A DNA stretch of 64,000 nucleotides from a virus. The stretch's first letter is position 1. Every line of letters begins with the position of its first letter. Of this stretch, positions 57,660 through 64,000 are shown one piece after another. The stretch lies in the IMG/VR virus record IMGVR_UViG_3300045988_112739. The stretch is one strand, 5' to 3'. The position numbers and the translations under genes are program-made. A model generated the notes under the pieces. That model searched no databases and was not told the DNA's origin. It was given only the letters and a program-made list of their open reading frames with translations.

Positions 57660-58070
57660 TTACTCGTCAGATGTTTCAGACTCAGCAACTTCGTTCTTTT
57701 TGTTAATCTTTTTCGGTTTTTCTACTTTATCATAAAGTCGTTCAGAAAGATTCTTCATCTCATCTACAGGAACGATAAAGTAATCGAACTCGTCTATTGT
57801 ACGGGTTTTACCATCTGTACAATCAAATTTTCCAAGTTCAAGGTCGTAACCAGTAATACTAATAGTAAGACCAGAAGTTAATCCCGCTCTTAATACAGTC
57901 ATACCGTTTCCTCCTTCCAATTCGATTGGAGAATTTTCTTCTCTTTTTGCTATCATTTGACGATAGCACTCTCTGGAACAACAAAAGTTCTTCCAAGAGT
58001 TTTTCTTAATACAATTACTACAAGCGTAGTACTTTTCTCCACAATTATTACAAATACGATTATAAGTCAT
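57660..58070 (-). CDS. Cys-rich hypothetical protein
   Basis: ATG 58070 follows ggtga. CNNCG..YYACSNC...CCSREC. Confidence 0.45.
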   Translation of the reverse strand: MTYNRICNNCGEKYYACSNCIKKNSWKNFCCSRECYRQMIAKREENSPIELEGGNGMTVLRAGLTSGLTISITGYDLELGKFDCTDGKTRTIDEFDYFIVPVDEMKNLSERLYDKVEKPKKINKKNEVAESETSDE

Positions 58071-58087
58071 TGCGTTCACCAACAATA

Positions 58088-58123
58088 TTTATGCAGACAC
58101 CCCTAAAAGAGTGTCTGCATAAA
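58088..58123 (-). terminator. strong stem-loop after the intron-containing tail protein gene
   Basis: 13-bp stem tttatgcagacac / gtgtctgcataaa with a 10-nt loop. The T-tract is weak. Confidence 0.5.
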
Positions 58124-58140
58124 TGCACCTGAAATTATTA

Positions 58141-58797
58141 TCAGGTTGTCTCGTCCTCAGTATATACCTTGAAGGTATAAAGAGTTCTGTCAAGACAGCC
58201 CTTAACAAATTCAAGACCAAGGTTCTGTACAACAGGCTCACCATCAGCAGAAACGTCAAAGTTCCAGTTACCGTCAACCTGTGCCTGACCCTCAATCTCG
58301 CAAGGGAATAACTCACCAGTACATACGTCCTTTGCAATACCATAAGCGGTAGCAAGAACAACCGGAGGAATACCGTCAGAGTTTACGGTGATAGTCTGTG
58401 CATTAGTATCAGACTTGAAGCTATATGCACAAGCAATCATGTCTCCAGCGGTGGGAGCATCTGTGCCAAAAGTAATCTCCTTAGTACCAGAGTCATAAGA
58501 GAAAGTCTCTGTTCCAGTAGCAGTAGCAGCTTGTTTATAAGTCTTAGAATAAGTGCCATCAGCACCTACAATATAAACAAATTTGATTTCGCTACCAGCA
58601 GTACCAGTAGCAGTAAACTTAGTCTTGTACTTACCATCACTACCTGCCTCAATTACATCATAATATGTAATAGGGGTAGAACCAGTAACAACCTCAGTAC
58701 CATTCTGAATAGCCAGTACCTCAGTATTAAATGTAGCAACAGTTACATTCATAGTGGCTCTACGAGAGTGTGAGAAGCCACCGCCGATATATACGTC
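58141..58797 (-). CDS. probable major tail (tube) protein, exon 3
   Basis: The frame is open from 58797 (DVYIGGGFSHSRRAT) before the listed Met. Beta-rich, Thr/Gly-rich sequence. The function call is positional. Confidence 0.55.
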   Translation of the reverse strand, partial: DVYIGGGFSHSRRATMNVTVATFNTEVLAIQNGTEVVTGSTPITYYDVIEAGSDGKYKTKFTATGTAGSEIKFVYIVGADGTYSKTYKQAATATGTETFSYDSGTKEITFGTDAPTAGDMIACAYSFKSDTNAQTITVNSDGIPPVVLATAYGIAKDVCTGELFPCEIEGQAQVDGNWNFDVSADGEPVVQNLGLEFVKGCLDRTLYTFKVYTEDETT

Positions 58798-59165
58798 CTT
58801 GGTATTTATATGTATTCGCTAAATACATACCATACAACAAATGTATGCTCATGCTTTCACATGAGAGTAGGTCATATCACAGACTTATTAAAAGTCTTTC
58901 CCCATTTCACAGTCGCTTGACTGTTACGCACCGCCGTGCTGACCGTCGAACCTTACTTGAATAATTTATTCAAGTCTTGGCGGCTGATTGTCCATTATTA
59001 CAGTACTTAGGCTTGCACCATATACTATCCACATTATTCTTTCTACTTTCGTCACATTCACGCTTGTTAATTAAAACTACGTTGTAGTTAATGTGGCTCT
59101 TAGGAGTTTCCAGCCATTAAAGGAATTTTTCGATACTTTTCACAAAGTAAAGGGAACGTTATATT
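58798..59165 (-). ncRNA. group I intron E2 (368 nt, no ORF)
   Basis: P1 GGAAU/GUUCC with a terminal U.G pair. GGCUGGAAACUCCUAAGAG...GGACAAUCAGCC (P4/P5 type). Variant P7 GGUCA/UGACC. Terminal G at 58798. Confidence 0.6.
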
Positions 59166-59186
59166 ATTCCTGCACCCAATATCTTC
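59166..59186 (-). CDS. probable major tail protein, 21-nt micro-exon (EDIGCRN)
   Basis: This is the only segment left between the 3' end of intron E1 and the 5' end of intron E2. It keeps exons 1 and 3 in frame. Confidence 0.5.
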
Positions 59187-59544
59187 CAATAGGTCGTTAA
59201 TCTATTGCGTTTTTAAAACAGCTCTATATTTCTATAGACGTTGAGACTATATCTTCATACATTTTATGTATGCACTCCATTTCGATTTAAAGGGTTCTCA
59301 CCTACGCACTTGCGCCCTACTCTTATTGCAATTAACCCATTGCTAAAAAAGATAGTCGTTGAACCTTTCTCCTAATAGGAGACTTGGTTGCGGATTATCC
59401 AATACCAATACTTATTACCATACCTTAGTAGTTAATTAAGCCATTACTATATTACTATAATAACTTGGTATATTGGTCTCTAAGGAGTTTCCCGCAATTA
59501 AAAGTGTTTTCAAATACCAATCAGTATTTGGAGCAGTATTATTT
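59187..59544 (-). ncRNA. group I intron E1 (358 nt, no ORF)
   Basis: P1 GGGUa/uGCUC. Minus-sense AAGAUAUAGUC (59255..59245), CAACGACUA (59362..59354) and GCGGGAAACUCCUUAGAG. P9 cuauagaaauauag. Terminal G at 59187. Confidence 0.65.
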
Positions 59545-59694
59545 ACCCGTGGGATATACCATTTCCATTGTATTTTCAAGAGAAGTTGTCTTACAGTTAG
59601 TAAGATATGCAATAATGCTCTTGTCAACAGGCTTTCTTAAAAGAATCTCAAATGCCTGCTGCATAGAGAACTGTTTAGGTGTAGCTAAAGCCAT
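59545..59694 (-). CDS. probable major tail protein, exon 1
   Basis: ATG 59694 follows ggag. MALATPKQFSMQQAFEILL...EMVYPTG, 50 codons ending in GGU. Confidence 0.55.
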
Positions 59695-59723
59695 AAATTT
59701 TCAACTCCATTCATAACATTAGA

Positions 59724-60557
59724 TTAATTAATACTAGAAGCCCAATTAATCTTTTCCCAATTAATAGGGTGTTTCTTCGTATCAATACAACCAGCATTTA
59801 ATTTATTCAATGTATCTTGGTAATTACTCATTTTGTTATACCTAAAATACATATCATACAGTGTATAAACAGGCAAATCCCACACAGACGTAGGATTACC
59901 CAAATGGCACTCAACAAATGAAACTATAGTGTCAAAGGTTATATATTGTTTCCTTTGAACTTTTCGTTCATCGTAATCATGCTTTAAGATATATTTCTTT
60001 GCTCTTTTGTTGCCACCCTTTAAGAAATCAAAATCCTGATTAATCCAATTAATCTGTCTCAACATTTGAGACAAAAGGTTATAACTCATTTCAGCAAATA
60101 CTATACTATCTTCATTTATAATATAAATATCATTCTCATTTTTTACATTATATAATACAGTCTGTTGTGTGTTCTCCCTAGTGATAACAGACAAGGCATA
60201 TTCGCCTGTTAAACCTAAGAAAAAGTTTAAGGCATCTCTATATATATCAGAAACTAAAACACCATCAACTGTAATATCATATTCTTTTAAATATAATTTA
60301 CAATCCTTTTTCTGACCTACAGCCATACTAAGGAATAATGTCCAATCACTTTCTATATCTTCATACCAAACTTGATTTTCACACCATAAAATATCTGCGT
60401 ATTCTATTCTGCCACAAGTCAATACGCTAACATATGCCCTATAATTACTATAACCTAGTTTCTCTATATCTCCTAATGTAGGCTGATATAGTGTGAGAAA
60501 TTTGGTTATACTTTGGGCTGTACCCCTCATCAAAGAAAGAGTTTCTACTTTATTCAT
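59724..60557 (-). CDS. hypothetical structural-module protein
   Basis: ATG 60557 overlaps the upstream stop (ATGAATAA). The longer track ORF start is an overlap artefact. Confidence 0.45.
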   Translation of the reverse strand: MNKVETLSLMRGTAQSITKFLTLYQPTLGDIEKLGYSNYRAYVSVLTCGRIEYADILWCENQVWYEDIESDWTLFLSMAVGQKKDCKLYLKEYDITVDGVLVSDIYRDALNFFLGLTGEYALSVITRENTQQTVLYNVKNENDIYIINEDSIVFAEMSYNLLSQMLRQINWINQDFDFLKGGNKRAKKYILKHDYDERKVQRKQYITFDTIVSFVECHLGNPTSVWDLPVYTLYDMYFRYNKMSNYQDTLNKLNAGCIDTKKHPINWEKINWASSIN

Positions 60558-61221
60558 TTTGATTCTTGCTATGAAAATTTCTAGGCAGATAAGATATTTT
60601 AGGGATTTCGACTGCATTTTTGTCAATTTCTTCAACAGGATAAACAAGTTTACTATTAATATTTTGGTTCTTAGGCAATCCACCACAGTCAATGTTGCTA
60701 TTAACACTAACCTCATAAATCATCTGCAAACCGTAGAAATAGTTACTATAATCTCTTGGTTGAAAACCACGAGAGTATGGCGCACCAGTAATAGGCAAAT
60801 CTGTTATCTTGCTATTAAGTATTTTGTCTATTTCAGACATAATAAGGTAAGGGCGATATCCCTCTTTTACTTTCCAACATTTTAAATGAGAAATAATATC
60901 TATCAAAATATTTACTCTCCTAAACCCAGTATTTTCATCAACATCATAGCCACCACTTAAATTTACTAAAATAAATGTTTGCTGTTTAGTTTCTGCTTCT
61001 GGTATTTTAGGAAGAGGAAATACATTTTTATAAAAAAGAACGTCTGTATTCTTTATATCAGGTTGAGAATATACCGAATAATTTAAATCAGGAAAATCGT
61101 TCATATTATCAGAACCACTTTCGGGATAATAATAGAGCAATTTGCATATATTTTGATTTCTCAAAATCTTTTCTCCGATTATATTATCTACAATTTTAGA
61201 CAACTCTGAATAATATGGCAT
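60550..61221 (-). CDS. hypothetical structural-module protein
   Basis: ORF translationally coupled to its neighbours. Confidence 0.45.
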   Translation of the reverse strand: MPYYSELSKIVDNIIGEKILRNQNICKLLYYYPESGSDNMNDFPDLNYSVYSQPDIKNTDVLFYKNVFPLPKIPEAETKQQTFILVNLSGGYDVDENTGFRRVNILIDIISHLKCWKVKEGYRPYLIMSEIDKILNSKITDLPITGAPYSRGFQPRDYSNYFYGLQMIYEVSVNSNIDCGGLPKNQNINSKLVYPVEEIDKNAVEIPKISYLPRNFHSKNQNE

Positions 61222-62477
61222 TATACTAACCCTCCTAATTCTATTTCAAATTCAGTTATTCTAGTATCACTTGTATCACTAACACAAGACACTATTAATC
61301 TTTCATCGCTAGGTCTTAAATTAAGCACAGTGAAATGGTTGCCATCGACATCACTAATTTTGTAATATCTGCTATTCGCACCACTAAAAGTAAATGTGAA
61401 TACAGCATTTGTGGCAACATTATTTACATATTCATAAACGCCAAACGTTTGTCTCGCATTCAACTTAACGAACCTAGAGATAGGACTAATTACTATTTTA
61501 GAAACCATAGGTAACACATTAGAAACTTTGACTTGTACTGCCGAGGTCACATCAGGTTTATTTACCATTGTGGCTATGAAGCCACACTCGCCTAATTTCA
61601 ACAGTTTAAATTCGCCTGTATATGGGTCTATTTCGGCGACACTAGGAGACGTACTCTCCCAAATTACTTCCTCGTCAGTTTCTTCTCCGTCAAGTAAAAC
61701 TCGTGCGTTTAATTTTCCTGTGAAACCTATAACATTTTCTATATTACCAGTAGGAATAATAGCAGTATAATTATGTTCAACATAATTAGCTATTCCTAAG
61801 TCAAACCTGTCATCGTCAGATATATTGTCAAGGTCAATATAAAAATTTATAATCTTTTGAGACTCAGAATTAAATGTCTCTCTTAAATCATAATCTCCAC
61901 GACTACGAATTTTATAAACACTAGACCCGAATATAAATCTATTATTTATAGAAACCCTGTCGCTGTAAACATTGTCTTGACAAAAAACTTGCAGTCTACT
62001 ATTAGCTACTTCCATTTCTGTACTTCTCTGCAACTGTGTTTCATTAATCTTATAATCAATCACACACGGTTCTTTATGAATGTTTCCATATTTATCCTCT
62101 GTATTTATAGTGTTATTACAACGCCTTACATAAACACTAGAAGTTGCAGTAAGTATATTTTCCAAAGAGTAAACTATCCAAATATTGTTTTCAAACCTAT
62201 ATCTTGTACCCAATTCAGGACAATGTTTAATGTCTGGAAATATAATTTTACGATAATCGTCATTAACCCTTTGTCCAGTAGTAGCATCTATAAGAGTTGT
62301 AACTCTACATATAATGGGTTTAAATTCTAATGTACCAAAAGCAATTTCTTCTTCTATACCATTTTTCTGGTATGTAGAAGAATTGGTAAAAGTTTTATCA
62401 ATTAATGCTTGCATGGCATCGTGCCATCTGTCATACGGTTCGGGAGTGTTGCTTATAAACGTATCATAATATTTCAT
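61221..62477 (-). CDS. structural protein with C-terminal Ig-like (Big_2-type) domains
   Basis: VIWESTSPSVAEIDPYTGEFKLLKLGECGFIATM is a Big_2-like pattern, followed by a second beta-rich repeat. Confidence 0.45.
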   Translation of the reverse strand: MKYYDTFISNTPEPYDRWHDAMQALIDKTFTNSSTYQKNGIEEEIAFGTLEFKPIICRVTTLIDATTGQRVNDDYRKIIFPDIKHCPELGTRYRFENNIWIVYSLENILTATSSVYVRRCNNTINTEDKYGNIHKEPCVIDYKINETQLQRSTEMEVANSRLQVFCQDNVYSDRVSINNRFIFGSSVYKIRSRGDYDLRETFNSESQKIINFYIDLDNISDDDRFDLGIANYVEHNYTAIIPTGNIENVIGFTGKLNARVLLDGEETDEEVIWESTSPSVAEIDPYTGEFKLLKLGECGFIATMVNKPDVTSAVQVKVSNVLPMVSKIVISPISRFVKLNARQTFGVYEYVNNVATNAVFTFTFSGANSRYYKISDVDGNHFTVLNLRPSDERLIVSCVSDTSDTRITEFEIELGGLV

Positions 62478-62791
62478 ATGTTTCTCCCTTTCTTAACAGC
62501 ATCAATGCAATAGAATATATTAGACTTCATTTCTTTATGATTGATTGTTGATAAATTTTCATTTATCCCGTTTAGTGTACTCACAAGAGAAATGAAGTTT
62601 TCAGCTTCTATTAAGTCATTAAACCCTTGAAATTCAAGAATTAAATGCTCAATATATGTAGATAACTGCTCATAGTTATCTGTAGACTTTTCATATATTT
62701 TTAAGCATGCGAATATTTTTCCAATAATTTTATTAAAATAACTATCTATTTCTTCTTCGCTCAAATTTTTAAAATAATCCTTACAAACCAT
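62474..62791 (-). CDS. hypothetical head-tail joining module protein
   Basis: ATG 62791 (MVCKDYF..) overlaps the stop of connector exon 2. The upstream part of the track ORF is exon 2 read in another frame. Confidence 0.45.
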   Translation of the reverse strand: MVCKDYFKNLSEEEIDSYFNKIIGKIFACLKIYEKSTDNYEQLSTYIEHLILEFQGFNDLIEAENFISLVSTLNGINENLSTINHKEMKSNIFYCIDAVKKGRNI

Positions 62792-62927
62792 AGTCACCCA
62801 CCGCCCACTGTTTGAAATTAGTGTTTGCGAGACCATAATCTGTCATATCCTGAGAAGCTATTTCTCTTAGCTTATCTGCATATTCTCTTTTCTCTTTAAG
62901 GTTTTTCTCTTCGGAATAATGCTTAAA
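62781..62927 (-). CDS. head-tail connector-like protein, exon 2
   Basis: FKHYSEEKNLKEKREYADKL...QWAVGDYGL-stop. It has no start codon of its own. Confidence 0.55.
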   Translation of the reverse strand, partial: FKHYSEEKNLKEKREYADKLREIASQDMTDYGLANTNFKQWAVGDYGL

Positions 62928-63263
62928 CTTTTCATTACTTTTATATTTAGCTTATCATATAAAAGACCGTTTGGTTTTCTCATAATTTCTTATGAGCATA
63001 GACTATATCTTTACCCTGTTACGGGTATTCCCCACTTCGGAACGCTTGTTCCTAACGGTATCTCAACCGATAGTCGTTGAGGGTTTTCCTTTTCGGAACT
63101 TCCCTGCTGATTGTCCAATCTTATAACTTTTCAAACATTTACATATAAGCGTATTTCATCTTTCTGCTTTAGTATATAAGCTCTAAGGAGTTTCCAGCAT
63201 TTCAAGGAATTTATGTATAAACTTCCGTATTATACAAGACTTTAAACAACGTTGTGTTCTCAA
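62928..63263 (-). ncRNA. group I intron F (336 nt, no ORF)
   Basis: P1 GAUuu/AAGUC with a U.G pair at the splice site. Minus-sense AAGAUAUAGUC (63011..63001) and CAACGACUA (63080..63072). P9 cucauaagaaauuaugag. Terminal G at 62928. Exons are 312 + 147 nt, in frame. Confidence 0.6.
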
Positions 63264-63575
63264 ATCATTATCGTTAAGATTTAATTCCATTTGTACAATA
63301 TCATTGATATTGTATTCTACCCAAGAAATAACCATAAGTTCAGAGAGAATATTCTTCTCTTTAATACTAAGAGTAAAATTAAACTCTTTTGAGGTAGTAT
63401 CTACATCTTCTATATTAGGACAATTATGGAATTTGGCTATAGCCTTTATAAGAAATGTCTCTAGTAAATCTTCACCAAGTTCAAAATTTTCCTTAAATAA
63501 ATTCTTTAAGTGATAATCCTGTATAGAGTTTAAAAATATGTGATAAATCTCACTAAATTCTGTATTAGCACTCAC
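63264..63575 (-). CDS. head-tail connector-like protein, exon 1
   Basis: ATG 63575, ending ..MELNLNDND. The listed tail LRTQRCLKSC.. is intron read-through. Confidence 0.55.
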
Positions 63576-63600
63576 ATACTTAACCCCCTCTCAATATGGA

Positions 63601-64000
63601 TTACTTGCGACCATCTATCAGTTTCTGTATAGCATTATATCCTGCTAATTCATCATTGATATTGATTTTTGTAAGTTTACTAATAAGATTCACTTTGTTA
63701 AGGTCAAAACTTTCACCACTAGCTGTTCTATAAACAATATTCTGTACAAGAACCTGTTTTTGAGCATCGTTCATAGTGCTAACAATTTCCTCAATCTCTT
63801 TGTTAGAACGAGAACAAATATGTGTAATCACATCAAGATTAAACAATCTACTATAAACATCTGAAAGCCCTAAATGATATACTGCACTAGGGTCACAAAT
63901 GTAAAACAGTCCGTTCTCTGCAAAACTACTATCATTATTAACAATATCAGTTAAACGAGAATATAAGCAACTCTTAGTTTGACCGAATTTATCAAAATGC
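63601..64000 (-). CDS. hypothetical protein, 5' end outside the window
   Basis: The minus-strand frame is open all the way to nt 64000. The listed TTG start at 63846 is internal. Confidence 0.5.
   Translation of the reverse strand, partial: HFDKFGQTKSCLYSRLTDIVNNDSSFAENGLFYICDPSAVYHLGLSDVYSRLFNLDVITHICSRSNKEIEEIVSTMNDAQKQVLVQNIVYRTASGESFDLNKVNLISKLTKININDELAGYNAIQKLIDGRK

Noticed and set aside
58089-58361. ORFs 58089..58361 (-) and 58123..58311 (+).
   Set aside because: They overlap the tail protein gene and its 13-bp terminator hairpin, and they have no RBS.
29214-64000. Stop-codon reassignment (TAG or TGA recoding) in the late genes.
   Set aside because: Late ORFs of up to 1565 codons are intact under the standard code. 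Every apparent break coincides with group I intron core sequence rather than a single in-frame stop.
1-64000. tRNA, rRNA and CRISPR arrays.
   Set aside because: I noticed no cloverleaf-like GTTCGAATC-type T-arm motif in the non-coding gaps and no regularly spaced direct repeats. tRNAscan-SE and a CRISPR finder would be needed to be certain.

Overview
AT-rich (about 30% G+C in sampled lines) tailed dsDNA phage region with Firmicutes-style signals, arranged as two convergent arms. The + strand arm (1..28913) holds early, replication and nucleotide-metabolism genes: RNA ligase, DNA methyltransferases, an amidoligase/GGCT pair, a Sak4-like ATPase, SSB, a Cas4-like nuclease, a Sir2-like protein, primase-helicase, DnaE, a ThyX-like protein, a dNMP kinase and NrdD/NrdG. 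It is driven by eight near-identical sigma70-type promoters. The - strand arm (64000..29214) holds late genes: connector, probable tail tube, a predicted ~2680-aa tape measure protein, baseplate, lysis cassette and tail fibres. The most striking feature is the load of selfish elements. I infer six related group I introns from RNA pairing: one in dnaE, two in the tape measure gene, two in a tail protein gene separated by a 21-nt micro-exon, and one in a connector gene. There is also a LAGLIDADG intein in the helicase P-loop, a solo TnpB element inserted into the ssb terminator, and three endonuclease genes. A roughly 1-kb G+C-rich cassette replaces the distal end of one tail fibre gene. All splice sites, motifs and family calls were made by eye and need computational or experimental confirmation. 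I recognised no rRNA, tRNA or CRISPR array.
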